64,000 bases of DNA from Octopus bimaculoides (lineage: Eukaryota). The notes under the pieces are model-generated. The model saw nothing but the letters and a program-made list of their open reading frames with translations. It was not told where the DNA came from and made no database searches. The stretch lies in assembly GCF_001194135.2 (NCBI RefSeq), contig NC_068981.1, positions 126,760,478-126,824,477 on the forward strand, in the 5' to 3' direction. Positions 1-13,408 of this stretch are shown here, in pieces (within the stretch, counting starts at the first letter, position 1; each line of letters starts with the position of its first letter). Position numbers and translations under genes: made by a program.

Positions 1-554
1 TAATTATTTATACAAACACAAACACAAACACACACATACACATATCTATCCATTTGTCAATATATTTGTATATGTGTGTGTATATATACATACATATACA
101 TATATATTGTATATGTATATATATATATATACATGCATATATATATATACATATATATAGATATTTATATATATATATATATATATANNNNNNNNNNNNN
201 NNNNNNNNNNNNNNNNNNNNNNNNNNNNNNNNNNNNNNNNNNNNNNNNNNNNNNNNNNNNNNNNNNNNNNNNNNNNNNNNNNNNNNNNNNNNNNNNNNNN
301 NNNNNNNNNNNNNNNNNNNNNNNNNNNNNNNNNNNNNNNNNNNNNNNNNNNNNNNNNNNNNNNNNNNNNNNNNNNNNNNNNNNNNNNNNNNNNNNNNNNN
401 NNNNNNNNNNNNNNNNNNNNNNNNNNNNNTATATATATATATATATATATATACATACACATATATACATATGTATACGTATATATATGTATGTATGTAT
501 GTATGCATGTATATATATATATAAATATCTATATATATGTATATATATATATGC

Positions 555-598
<44 letters not shown>

Positions 599-1148
599 GC
601 ATGCGTGCATGCATGTATGTATGTATGTATGTATGTATGTCAAGAAAATTGATAGTACTTCATCGCCATGTATGATCACTTATATGAATGTGCAAGCTCG
701 TGGATGTGAATACTGAGCAGCAGCTGTTAGAAACATAAACATGCGCACATTTACATACGCGCGCGTGCGCGAAATTCTGACACAAGTGCAAAACAGTGTT
801 AACCCGGTCACTTATCTCATAACTAGATATATTTTATCTGTGGTGGCAATCCTCTCTGCTCACATTAGTGACACACAATATACAGGCAATAGGACGAGCA
901 CGTCATCTGACATCAGTCATAGATGACCGTAAAATATCACGTAGCTGCCTAATGCGTAACAGTTCGTGACTCAACATAACAACCCTCATATAGACTTACT
1001 TTTACTTAGATAAAGGAAATTGAACTTCCTTCTTCTGGTATTTTATACAATAGGAGAAACACCTGCAAGATGTATCTGAAAACTATATACACACATACCA
1101 TGCTGTTATTATTTAAATGTTGATGAATGACTGATTTGGTGTCCATAG

Positions 1149-1255
1149 CTGATGAGGCGAAACGAAGTAGGAAGGTCTTTGGGCTTTTCACCCGAAACTA
1201 TTTCCGCAGTGAAAAGTTTTCTCATGTCCGAGTGTACACAAACATGTTAAATATC
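1149..1255 (+). CDS. Possible upstream CAP exon (N-terminal helix / CAP3-like)
   Basis: Open frame DEAKRSRKVFGLFTRNYFRSEKFSHVRVYTNMLNI resembles HNxxRS...NMxxL and would join exon A as NMLNI-VWD. The acceptor (ccatAG 1147-1148) and donor (GTTGCA at 1256) are both weak, so this may be coincidence. Confidence 0.25.
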
Positions 1256-1308
1256 GTTGCACAGACTGATATTTCATTCAAAGCTGATTGATTTGTGCGC
1301 CTCCAGGT

Positions 1309-1344
<36 letters not shown>

Positions 1345-2123
1345 NNNNNNNNNNNNNNNNNNNNNNNNNNNNNNNNNNNNNNNNNNNNNNNNNNNNNNNN
1401 NNNNNNNNNNNNNNNNNNNNNNNNNNNNNNNNNNNNNNNNNNNNNNNNNNNNNNNNNNNNNNNNNNNNNNNNNNNNNNNNNNNNNNNNNNNNNNNNNNNN
1501 NNNNNNNNNNNNNNNNNNNNNNNNNNNNNNNNNNNNNNNNNNNNNNNNNNNNNNNNNNNNNNNNNNNNNNNNNNNNNNNNNNNNNNNNNNNNNNNNNNNN
1601 NNNNNNNNNNNNNNNNNNNNNNNNNNNNNNNNNNNNNNNNNNNNNNNNNNNNNNNNNNNNNNNNNNNNNNNNNNNNNATATATATATACTACACGTGTAT
1701 AAGGGATGACCACTAGGTGGACATCCAATATGCTAGAAAGAGGTCATCAATGACCCAACCGCAATACGTACGGATGTTGTTACGTAAGTAAAACGTTAAT
1801 GTTCGAAAGTGCAGTCCATAGATATATATAAATATATACTAGCATAGATATCCGGCGTTGCTTGGGATTAAAATAGTATAGTTTGTATATATGTATTACA
1901 GTTATGTTGAAACAGGTGATACGGGAAAGTGCAGCATTGGTGAGAGAACATTTGTGGAGTAAATGATGGTCTAATTCGACTAAGCGACATATAATATGTC
2001 CGTTTGGAGGATTCCATGCCCTAACCTATCATGGAAAATTGGGAGTGGAGAGTATGTAATTTTTGAACCCACTGAAAAGCTGGCAGCGGATATACTCGCC
2101 TTTGAGGTGGTCAGTGCTGCGTC

Positions 2124-2347
2124 GATGCCAGTACCCACTGATTAGCACCCGTGCCGGTAGCACATAAAAAGGACCATCCGAACGTGGTCGATGCCAGTGC
2201 TCCCTGATTGGCTTCCGTGTAGGTGACACGTAAAAAGTATCATCCGAACATGGCCGATACCAGTGCTCAATGACTGACTCCCGTGTCGGTGGCACGTAAA
2301 AAGCACCATCCGAACGTGGTCGATGCCAATACCCCCTAACTGGTGTC
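2124..2347. repeat. 66-bp tandem repeat, about 3.4 units
   Basis: Units start at exactly 2124, 2190, 2256 and 2322 and share the core CACGTAAAAAGCACCATCCGAACGTGGTCGATGCCAG. Confidence 0.85.
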
Positions 2348-3519
2348 TATGTATGTATGTATGTATGTATGTATGTATGTATGTGAGCATTTACGTATGT
2401 AAGTGTATAGACGTGTCTGCTTGTGTATATATGTGTATGTACATGTAAATGTATGNNNNNNNNNNNNNNNNNNNNNNNNNNNNNNNNNNNNNNNNNNNNN
2501 NNNNNNNNNNNNNNNNNNNNNNNNNNNNNNNNNNNNNNNNNNNNNNNNNNNNNNNNNNNNNNNNNNNNNNNNNNNNNNNNNNNNNNNNNNNNNNNNNNNN
2601 NNNNNNNNNNNNNNNNNNNNNNNNNNNNNNNNNNNNNNNNNNNNNNNNNNNNNNNNNNNNNNNNNNNNNNNNNNNNNNNNNNNNNNNNNNNNNNNNNNNN
2701 NNNNNNNNNNNNNNNNNNNNNNNNNNNNNNNNNNNNNNNNNNNNNNNNNNNNNNNNNNNNNNNNNNNNNNNNNNNNNNNNNNNNNNNNNNNNNNNNNNNN
2801 NNNNNNNNNNNNNNNNNNNNNNNNNNNNNNAAGCGCATAAAATGTGCAGCAAGGTGGAAAAAAGAGTACTCAAATACCAGAGGCAGAGTAATATGCTTTA
2901 TTTAAAAGCAGCGGAAATATAACAAAAGACTGTTACTCGGAGTTTCACGTTCCCGTACATCGGACAGTTTTGTTAGAAATGGGAAAGGAATGACAATGCA
3001 ATCAAAAGTCATATATATATATATATAATATAGTCAGTTGCTATGCAAGTACATCTACGTAAATAGAACGATTATTTCTATGAAATGTATTGTTTTAATC
3101 GAAATGAAAACAAAATTTGGTATTGACACTGACCAGCTCTCACATACATATTGTATGTTTAATAACGTGCCTAACGCGGAAAGACACATACACTCATATA
3201 CTCACACATGTCGTCGTGGTTAGAATTAAAAGTAAAAGTATAAAAGTGAAACATATAGTATGTTTAATAACGTACCTAACGTGCAACGACACACACACTG
3301 TGAGACATATACACACTCATACACCCACACACATACATTTACAGGCAGATATACAGTCATATACAAAATGCAACGTCATCATCGTCGTCGTCGTTGTCGT
3401 TTTTAGCATTAAAAGTAAAAGTATAAAAGTCAAACAATATATCACATTACAATTATATTGTCAATATATATGTATATATGTGTGTATATATATATATACG
3501 AGTTTTGACACGTAATACG

Positions 3520-4136
3520 GAACTAGTGCCAATGTTGCATTGTTTTAATCCCCAGAAATTACATGATGACCCTCCTGGTATGTGACAGTATTACCGTGTA
3601 AAATTTGATTTGATTTGGTTGAGCCGTTTGAGAATGCATTGGGAACAGACAGAGCCACAAAGGATTTATAGAGAGAGATTTAAAAAGTACGGAAGACCCT
3701 ACATACAAAGTACTATGTCCATTTAGGTCCATTTACGCGGAAGCTCCGGGCAAAATTTTTAGTGCATGATCATCCTTGTGACATAAGTAATGTGTGTGTA
3801 AAGTTTGGTGAAACTCGGTTGAGAATTGTGGAAATGTATGCGTTCAGTGTTCCAAGCCAATTTAATCACCGTCGCTGGTGGACAGTGAAAATAAATAGAC
3901 AAAATCCTTTCACTTTTACAAAAAGATTTAAAAAGTATGGAAGACCCTACAGCTGATTAATACAAATGAATAGGAATCATTTATCGTTGGTTTCCCATCG
4001 CTCTACAGGCCCCAATATCGACTTTGTAAAAATCTAAGTAGCCTATGTTCGGGGCTGGGATATGAAGTGGCTGTCTATAAAAGTTTAATGAAATCGGATG
4101 AAAGATGTAGAAGTTATTGAGGTACAATAAATTTTT

Positions 4137-4202
<66 letters not shown>

Positions 4203-4233
4203 AAACACAGAAAACTTCAATGTCATATATATA

Positions 4234-4270
<37 letters not shown>
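3520..4270 (+). mobile_element. Cluster of non-autonomous Helitron/Helentron-like modules
   Basis: Recurring motifs AAATTTG..TTGGTTGAGCCGTTT, AAGTTTGGTGAAACTCGGTTGAG and AAGTTTAATGAAATCGGATGAA, followed by (CA)n/(TA)n/(GA)n tracts. A 28-bp direct repeat lies at 3676-3703 and 3924-3951. Confidence 0.4.
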
Positions 4271-4290
<20 letters not shown>

Positions 4291-4586
4291 GGGGGAGAAG
4301 GAGAGAGAGAGAGATATACCCCTCGAAACTGGATGACATTATCTAAGCGTTGTCCAAATCTAATATGAAGTAAATGAACCAATATCAATACAAGTAATCA
4401 CCATAAGCCATGGACTCACAAACATTTTCAATAGCACGAGAATAAAGGACAACTCAGAATAAGAGATCCCAATACATAAAATATTCCCAAACAGGCATAT
4501 AGAATATATTTATATATTCCCATTATCAGCTGCGAAACGGATGTCTCTAAACACCTGGGCAGTTCGGTAGTGTCAACTGCCAATAT

Positions 4587-4813
4587 AAATTTAGATTAGC
4601 TCATCCTTTTTCGGTCAATTTAAAGAAATTGTCGCTTCAAATCGGAAAATAAATATCATTACGATATATATTATATACAGTTATTGTATAAATGTATATA
4701 TATATATATATAAAATAAATATATATAATATATATCGTAGTGATATTTATTTTCCGATTTGAAGCGACAATTTTTTTTAAATAGACCGAAAAATAATGAG
4801 CTAACCTAAACTT
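4587..4813. repeat. Long inverted repeat (about 90-bp arms, TA-rich spacer), MITE-like
   Basis: 4587-4677 is the near-perfect reverse complement of 4722-4813 (e.g. AAATTGTCGCTTCAAATCGGAAAATAAATATCA / TGATATTTATTTTCCGATTTGAAGCGACAATTT). Confidence 0.85.
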
Positions 4814-5032
4814 AAGAGCTCGGTACCTTACATTACCATTAAACTCCATTATTACTACTTCAATATATTATTTTCTATGGCAGGAATGAGTTCAGTGAAA
4901 GATATTTCAAAGAATAGAAGAAAGTGATATCAATGATATTTTAAAATTTTCTGATTATATTGTATAACTGTTTCTATGGCCTAAGTGTAAACATCATGAA
5001 CCGTATAATCATTATATTTGATATAGGATTAA

Positions 5033-5101
<69 letters not shown>

Positions 5102-5174
5102 GTTAAGCTTACAAGTTATTATCTATCTATGTTGACCGACATATTTACATGTTTTTATTTTGTTCTTTTTCAAG

Positions 5175-5390
5175 GTCTGGGATGATGGTTTGAGTTCTGC
5201 TGCTGGAACATGGTCTTTAACTTGTGATTATAAAGAATACGATAAATATTTTGGACAAAACATGTACTACGATTCTGAGACAGATGATATGAAAGGTCTT
5301 GTCAAAACGGCTGTGAAAAAATGGAATGACGAGGCTGAGAAAGTGCTCAATCCGAAAGGAGCTTGTAAAGGCGATTGCAACAAAGCTCAG
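5175..5390 (+). CDS. CAP/SCP-domain (CRISP/GLIPR1/venom allergen-like) protein, internal coding exon A (phase 0-0, 72 codons)
   Basis: Pyrimidine-rich acceptor ttgttctttttcaAG at 5173-5174 and donor CAG|GTAAGT at 5391. Translation VWDDGLSSAAGTWSLTCDYKEYDKYFGQNMYYDSETDDMKGLVKTAVKKWNDEAEKVLNPKGACKGDCNKAQ matches the CAP pattern WDxxLxxxAxxWxxxC...G[EQ]N...AVxxWxxE...CxxxC..Q. Confidence 0.92.
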
Positions 5391-8300
5391 GTAAGTTTAA
5401 TTTTCATTCATTTCCCTAAAGGGATATTAAAGGAAATTTCAAGATCCTAAATGAAAACTGTGAGTAAAGTTTTAACAAAGCTTTCAAGCCTGATATTTTT
5501 GAAGTTGAAATGTTTAAATCATAACAACCACTTGATACATTTCCTCCAGTTTTTTTTTATTATTTATGATTGGTATATTATTGATACAGTGGTGTAAGGT
5601 AGTATAACTTAACATAAAGGCATTGTATTTGTATGGGAATAACAGTTATAGTTGAGTGAAGACTAACATGCAAATTTTACAGAACACCAGAATGTTTAAT
5701 TAGTTATAATAACACTCCTGTTGAATCATTAATTTTAATAATTAAAAACCATTGATTATGATATTTATGTATATATGTATGTATGTGTGTATATATATGT
5801 CCTTACATTTATATATATATATATATANNNNNNNNNNTATGTATGTATGTATGTATGTATGTATGTATGTATGTATACATTTACAATGCCTTTAGGTTTA
5901 ATTGATCTTCCTTAAAAAACTAAACTCTATCGAGCCGGTGCAAATCCAGAAATGTTTGTAATATTAAACAGAAGAGAGATAAATCTCTCCTTGCTCAAGA
6001 AGCAACCCTGTGTTAAGTAAGTTTCGTCAGGGTAAGATAATTTTATAGTGCTAGAATGGAATATGTAGTTTCAACGTACGAGTCATTTTCCTTTACCTTT
6101 GCCACAAGGTCATTTCATAATCTTTATGTGCCACCTAAATTACTTTTCAAAATATGCAAGAAGCTATTAAATTACTTCATTCCTGATAGACGTATAAATG
6201 CTTTTAAAGAAGAAATTCTCGAATGAAATTTTAAAATGTTAATGCATCAAGTTATCGAATAGTAAACAGCAAGATCTCACAGGAACCGAAGAATAAATAG
6301 TTTTAATTCTCAGTTAAAGCCAGTTCGTGGTAGCTATACCACTAATGAAAAAGTCATAAAAGATGCAGGACCCTATTCTTTTTCGTTTAAAAAATATGAT
6401 CACTTGTACTTAGAAAGAGAAAAGGCAATGATTTCATGTAAAAGAAACATTTCAGATAATTATTCAATACTTGATTTCTGTTTGGCATTTACTCTTTTAC
6501 TAATTATAGCCTTCAGATTTTGGCTCAATAAATTCATTAGAAAAAATGAAATACTTGAAAGTGAAACGTAGTTCGTAATTTTATGATCGTTTTTATGTTT
6601 ATTGGCTTGTTCAAACAGAACTGTCTGAAACTGAATTATTTAGTGTCAAAGAATCTGTAGGAATTGGAGTATCGCCTTCTCAAGTTGATCCATCTCTTAC
6701 TCTCAAACACAATTATATGGAAAGTTAATTAAATATTCTACAAACTAGTCAACACCAAGAGAATGGCAAGGATTGAGGATTGAAATAGCTTAGTACCAGT
6801 GCTTTCGCAGGAGTTTCTTCTCTAAAATACAAACTACCGCAACAGATACTACACGACATACCGTGCAATGCTTCACAAGTTCCACAAGAGTTGATCTTGG
6901 CATGAGTTAAACTTAGATAGCATATAGATGAAGCAAACATCACAAGGAATTCTAACGACTCTCTATTAAGTCAGTGAAATCCTGCCTATTAGGTGTGAAA
7001 TATATTAATCACTTAATCATTGCTCTTTTTTATAAAAACAAAAGCAGGTAAATTTATGAAAACATCAAAGGGAGGAAAAAAACCTACAACATGAGAATAT
7101 CTGTTTGTATGATCTAGACAATCTAATCAGAAACAATCCTCTTTAAGTATTAGTAATTAAATATATGTTTCTAATAACAATTAATTAATTAATCTTCTAA
7201 AGAATTGGACTTGAATTGCTACTTTTTTTATTGTTGTTTCTCTTTGGGGAAACTTGTGCATCGTTATTGTTTGTCACTAGTCGGCCATTAGTCAGGCTGA
7301 CTGATAATAAAAGCATTTTAGCTGTGATTAATTTGTCTTGCCTCTCAATGATGCCAAAAAGATCACACAATTTAATGTGCACCCGCAATAAAGAATGGAT
7401 TGATGAAGGTTTAATTGTTAATTTTAGCAGATCGAGCGGCCATGTAACGACTTCATTTATAACAAAGTCGCCTTAACATCTCTCAATCCCAGTGTTGTAT
7501 TTATTATCACTCCTTTACGCCACGTCATTTTCTCCTTATTGTTAATTAATAAACTGTTTAATTATGTAGTCATTAATAGCTGTATGATCTTAATATTTAC
7601 GAAAGTAAACCTCTGAGATCTAAACTATAATTTAATAAAGTTCAACTCGGTTCTCTTTGCTATTATATCTTTTGTTTTGAAATAGAACGGCTATTAGTAA
7701 CTGATTTAGCTTTGGAGGTTAATTTGTTTTTATAGCCAAGAAAAAAATTAGCTTGCTGCATGTGTTTATTATCTTTTTGTGAAAGATATCCACAAAAAAG
7801 TTCACTTACTACTAAATCATTCTCTCCTTCAGAAATCATTGTATCATAAAGGTCATTCTCTTTATTTGTGTATTTGTTTTAAAAAGCATTGTCTGATATT
7901 CTTTGAGTTTTCGCTTCTCTATTTTTGTATGGAAGAGCCTTTAAATATTCTCACTGATAGCACTAGTAACATTAAAAAAAATATCGTTGGTAAAAAGACA
8001 ATAGCTTTAGTCCGTTTCAGTAAGTAGGACAGATTTCAAATTGTTTTGATATGAATAATTGTACTCTACTTAAACTAAAATACAAAACAAGATCTCTTGA
8101 TCTGCTTGAAGCATTGTCATTTCTGTATATAAATACAAATGTAAAAAAAGTGGAGTTTCAACGGAATGTGACAAAACTAGCTTTATTCAATACTTCGACA
8201 TTAAAATAAATATATTTTAGTATTCCAAACCCTGATCTTAAAATGAAATGTGAAATTGCCAGTAAAGTTTATTTGATAGAATATAAAGCGAATATCATAA

Positions 8301-9370
8301 CAGTTTTACTATTGTTTACTGTTTCCTAAATATTAATTTTTTTCTGCTGAAGATTAAGAACAGGGAAAATATTTTTGATCAGAATTGTAACCTGAGACTT
8401 TTATTACTTAACTTAATATTCGTTAATCCACTTTTATGATAGCTCTCTAAGTATCCGCAAGTTCTGATAAACAAATAAAGACATTCCACGGACAAGTTTC
8501 GATCCTCAGTCGGAACACTCAACGATTTTACTCTATCCATTTTTTTAGTTCCACCAAATATTACAATTTTGAGAATTGTAAACGCTACATGACGAGAAAA
8601 TTTCAATGATATCCCACAACTCATTAAAGATCATTTATCTGGGCCAGTAAAGTTTCAGAGTTATGAGAAGATGTAGATCCTCTTTGTAAGGATCTGTTAC
8701 ACTAATGTGTATTTCGCTTCTTTGTAATGTTTTAATTACATCTTCCCATATAAATAAGGAATACATATACATTGCAACCAGTTAGTTGTTTTATATACGC
8801 GAGATAAAGATGAAAGATTTCAGTAGTAGCCCCAAAACAACACAGTGCTTTACTAGATATCCAATTCATATATTAGCTAAAGTGTATATACTGTAAATCA
8901 ACATCAGATAAAAAAAACTTTTAGCCTGAAGATAAAATATCTTCAGACAAAAGAGCAAAGTATTAGCCTTAAAAAAAAGATCAGAACTAAATGTCATGTT
9001 TTCCAACTTTCTTTGCTAGCATGTTGTAGTCTAAACAATAATAATACTCCTTAGTCGACATAAAATTCTTAATCCAAACATCAGTATAACAGGTATGACT
9101 CTATCCTCAAACTTAACGAAAATAAAGATAGTACTTGAAAATATCAAGCTTTATTAATTTCTATGATCAATACCATTTGTAGTTATGTAAACTTTATAAA
9201 GATCACTGGTTCAACAACTTCGTAAGCGCTATAATAAATCAGAACGCAAGAAATGCATGAACAGTACATTGCTACGTTGTCGCCGCAAACAATTCTCCGA
9301 CTGTGTGTCTCTCTTCCAGTAAATCTACGACTGTATGCCTATGTATAAAATTATTGTTTTATTATTAAGG

Positions 9371-9506
9371 CACTGGGGAGCTTGCAGAATCGTTATCACG
9401 CCGGGCAAAATGCGTAGCGACATTTTGTCCATCTTTACGTTTTAAGTCAAATTCTGCCGAGATCGACTTTACCTTTCATCTTTTCGGGTTCGCTAAAATA
9501 AGTACA
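9371..9506 (+). mobile_element. tRNA-derived SINE, family B
   Basis: GCAGAATCGTTA...CAAAATGC...GTCAAATTCTGCCGAGATCGACTTTACCTTTCATC...AAAATAAGTAC; shared with six other copies in the window. Confidence 0.8.
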
Positions 9507-9736
9507 AATTGAATATTGTCGTCGTCGTAGTAATAGTAGTAACAGCAACATCTTTATCAAAATACACATATACTATTACAGTATACAAGATAGCGATATA
9601 CTTTTACATTAAAAGTTATTTTCATTTCTCCTTAGCAGAAAAGACTTAAAGTACTCATTTAACTTTCAGTATTTATCTTGTATTTCCCTTACGCGGCGTG
9701 TATATATTTTTATACTTGTGTTATACACACACGCAC

Positions 9737-9806
<70 letters not shown>

Positions 9807-9808
<2 letters not shown>

Positions 9809-9963
9809 TTCTTTCAGTTTCCGTATACCAAATCCACTCACAAGGCTTTGGTCAGCCCGAGGCTATAGTAGAAGTCACTTGCCCAAGGTGCCACGCGGTA
9901 AGACTGAATTCGGAACCATGTGTTTGGGAAGCAAACTTCTTACTACACAGCTATGCCTGCTAT
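9807..9963 (-). mobile_element. tRNA-derived SINE, family A (5' part) abutting (GT)n
   Basis: Reverse complement matches the head of the 22407 copy (GGTTCCGAATTCAGTC...GGCACCTTGGGCAAGTG...CCAAAGCCTTGTGAGTGGATTTGGT...GGAAACTGAAAGAA). Confidence 0.85.
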
Positions 9964-11310
9964 AAGAAATCAGTTAATTTCATCTCAATTTCACGCATGC
10001 AAAGTTCAATTTAATTGGTGTTCACGATAACCAACATATTGCATTAAGATCCGTAGTACATGGTTAATTTTTGTAATCTACAGTATGCTAATTATTCAAG
10101 AATTTCTTTTATTATCGTATATAGATTTTAATCTGATATGTGTGCTTGTGTACACATGTACATTTGTATGTGTATTTCCCATTTATCAATGTACAGCCTC
10201 TGGCATGTTTAACTTTGATAGCAAAGTAGTTTCTTATCGCTATTTCGCTGTTTACTTACATACCTCGAAGGATTCAGCTATTATTTATCTATCACTGCCT
10301 TTGGCCTCTACATGCATTCCTTATCTTATTTGGAAATTTGCAGCTCTTTGCATATTTCTTCTCGGTAAATATCTTGTTGTCTTTTCTCATAATGCTGATA
10401 GTATGCCCCGACAACAGAATATTAGAAATTATGCCTAAATGCAATTTTGCTTTTGGTGATGTCTTATTGACAAAATGCTGCTCACAATTTTGGTATATTT
10501 ACAATTATCCAGAATAAAATTGTGGGGCCTTCATTAATTTTGTCATATTTCTCCATTTACTTTTTAATAAAATGATTATTGTTTTGTTTATTCCTGTTAA
10601 TATTTTGTAAATATTTTCTTTGTTTATAAAGCTGGATGCAAATATCTACTAAATAGCTTTAAGAGCTGGTACTTAGCTCCAGTTTTACAAGGTTAAGTAG
10701 GTAAAAGATAGTGTCCCCTAGTACAGATAACACGCCCAGAGGATCTGGTACATGAATTCATCTGAGAGCTAGATGAACAGAGACAATAAAGAATAGAGTG
10801 TCTTTCCCAGAAACACAACAAAATAATTACTGTAGATTTCACTCGCAGTTTTAAACAGTTGGTCCAAAACCTTATCCACTCGGTCATTTTATAATAGGGA
10901 TTTTGATCCTTCTATATTAGAGTAATATTCATGAGACTGTGACTGTCGTTAGTTGCTATCCTTTGTAATTTTTAGTTGGTGAGAAGCTTGGAGTACTTTA
11001 TTTATGAACGTTGCACTCATGTAAAATCTTAGAAATTTCTAGGTTAAGGATTGAAAGACGTGTCATTATGTCTGCTTAATTCACACTGTAGAAGTGCTTT
11101 CTCAGAAACCAGTATGTTATCCATCATTTCTGATTATGTACATATAAATACCCGAATTTAACTTCCAAAACCATACAGCTTCCAATTTGTTATCTCACGT
11201 CATCAGAAGTAATCTTCTCTTTGGCACTTTATGTCAGACAGTGCAATAAGTTTACATGGCATCTCAAAATTTTTCGATTATTTTCATACATCGAGTCTGG
11301 ACATAATTTT

Positions 11311-11505
11311 CAATTCCAGCAACTTCAAAGGGACAGATGCAAGTCGATTGTCTCGAACTCAGTACTTGACTAGTACTTAATTTTCTCGACCAAGAATAGA
11401 TGCAAGGCAAAAAGTCGACCTCGGGGGATTTGAACTCAGAAACTAAAGAGTTGGAAGAAATGCCGAAAAGCAACGTGTCCGACGCGCTAACGTTTCTATC
11501 AGCAC
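11311..11505 (-). mobile_element. tRNA-derived SINE, family B
   Basis: Plus strand shows AAGTCGACCTCGGGGGATTTGAACTCAGAA, the reverse complement of the family B B-box and core. Confidence 0.75.
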
Positions 11506-12167
11506 ACTATCTTCTCTAATTGGTTATATTAAAACCGAAACATATGCATTCATATGATTGTAATATTTTTTATCTACATTTAATTTACATAAAAAATCGC
11601 CATTTCATTGTGTAGTTAGAACTGACAATAAGCATCATTAAAATGCGAACCATTTTAAAAGGTGTTATTTCTTTTAGTGTTACATATATCTCTAAGCGTT
11701 CTCACTAAACTCATTCTCTGATGTTCTCTATCATTGATCAAATAACATAGTTTTTTACTTGATGTATGTAATATTATATTTCTATTTAGTCAATATATTG
11801 AAGAACACTGATATATATTTGTTTTGATTTGAGTATCTCATTTCTACTTGCTTCTTTATACTATACATCACCTGATTGTAATATTACAAATAAAGTGTTA
11901 CATGTATGTCTCTTTAAGATAAGATAGGAAAGTACTTATTCGTTTTGTTTCGTAGATGTCGAATCATTAAGATTACTTTATGTTAGGTTAAGTTATTTTA
12001 TTACATTGATTCACTGGTATTATTTAGTCATGCTTCCTATATTTTGTAGTGCCTCGCCTCCTAAGCTCATTGCTTAAATTTAGCTTCTAGCATTGGCTTA
12101 GTCATTCCGCGGAAAAGTTTTGCTAGTTTCATTTTTTAAATTTTATTTTACTATCACTACATGAGTT

Positions 12168-12375
12168 AACAGAATTGACGGAAGACCGAGAAAATGCTTT
12201 TGTATTATTTAGCTACATTGTTTTACAGTATGAGTTCAAATCCCACCGAATTCAACTTTTGTCTTTCATCTTTCCTGGGTCGATAAAATAAAGTACCCGT
12301 TAAGTATTGGAATTGATGAAATCAACTAACTCTCTCTCCACCAAACTGTTGGCCTCGAACATGAATTAGAAACAA
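12168..12375 (+). mobile_element. tRNA-derived SINE, family B (diverged)
   Basis: GAGTTCAAATCCCACCGAATTCAACTTTTGTCTTTCATCTTTCCTGGGTCGATAAAATAAAGTACC. Confidence 0.75.
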
Positions 12376-12714
12376 TTATAATTGTCCTAGATTGGCAGAA
12401 TTCTTATCGCATTGGACAAGATACCTTTGAGTTCAAATCTTACTAAGGTCAAAAATTTGATGTATTTGTTTCTGCTACTGAAGCTAGAATCACCATCACT
12501 ATAGAGGGCACAAGTTCTTCTCTTACTTCTGAAATAGTTTTGAACATTGCTATTTGTGAAGAATACGTGACAGATAAAATTATTAAAGATAAATACTTTT
12601 GTACTATGTTGTGGACCGCTACGGCAATCTGAATTCTTTCAGTTATAGGAACTGGACCAAAGTCTTTTTTCTCGTAACTTAATACGGTTAATATGTCTGT
12701 TCACTTCAATTTAT

Positions 12715-12729
12715 AATAATAATAATAAC

Positions 12730-12789
<60 letters not shown>
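12715..12789. repeat. (AAT)n microsatellite
   Basis: About 24 AAT units seen directly. Confidence 0.95.
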
Positions 12790-12790
<1 letters not shown>

Positions 12791-12799
12791 TCAATGTCA

Positions 12800-13408
12800 G
12801 CGAGGCGTATCAAAAAAGAGTGAAAATGGTGTTGAAATACAACCTGAATGCCAAAAATTTGATTACCGCAATGAATATCTGGGCAGTTGTGGTGGTCAGA
12901 TATAGTGCGTCCATCCTCAAATGAACTAAGAAGGAAATATCAACACTGGATAGAAGGAAAGTTGATGACGCTGCATGGGGCGTTACATCCTAAAGCAAAC
13001 GTAAACAGACTGTATATGAAAAGAAAGAATGGTGACAGAGGACTAATTAATATAGACTATTGTATAAGGAGTGAAAGGAGAACGCTTGCTGAATATTTGA
13101 TAAATAGTGATGAAGACCTGCTGCAATATGCCGCGAAAGATATGGGTGTAAATGCAGATGAAATGATGGGCAAGGAAGAGTTTAACCAAAGAGCTGAGGA
13201 GACGAGAAAAGAAGACCTTCTTGAAATGAAAATGCATGAACAGTTTGAAAGGAATACACAAGACTTTAAGGATAATACAGCATCGTGGGCGTGGCTTGAG
13301 CGAGGTGATTGGAAGCGTACCACCGAAAGCCAGATCATTGCTGCACAAGACCAGGCTCTCGCTAGCAATTCAGTGAAGTATAACATCTATAAAACTTCTG
13401 AGAGCAAC
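12800..13408 (+). mobile_element. Degenerate R4/Dong-like (RLE-clade) non-LTR retrotransposon, RT C-terminus/thumb and linker
   Basis: EAYQKRVKMVLKYNLNAKNLITAMNIWAVVVVRYSASILK*TKKEISTLDRRK, then a frameshift to LMTLHGALHPKANVNRLYMKRKNGDRGL...WAWLERGDWKRTTESQIIAAQDQAL. The HPKxxVxRLYxxRxxGGRGL and IIAAQDQAL motifs are typical of this clade. Confidence 0.8.

Noticed and set aside
1145-1230. Hammerhead motif CTGATGA...CGAAAC on the + strand
   Set aside because: Stem II is only 2 bp with a long loop and stem I does not pair cleanly.
2124-2347. CRISPR-like appearance of the 66-bp array
   Set aside because: The variable segments are homologous to one another, the context is eukaryotic, and there are no cas genes.
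3117-3515. 132-aa ORF with internal duplication
   Set aside because: A local tandem duplication of low-complexity sequence (repeated AAAAGTAAAAGTATAAAAGT and GTATGTTTAATAACGT blocks); no protein similarity recognised.
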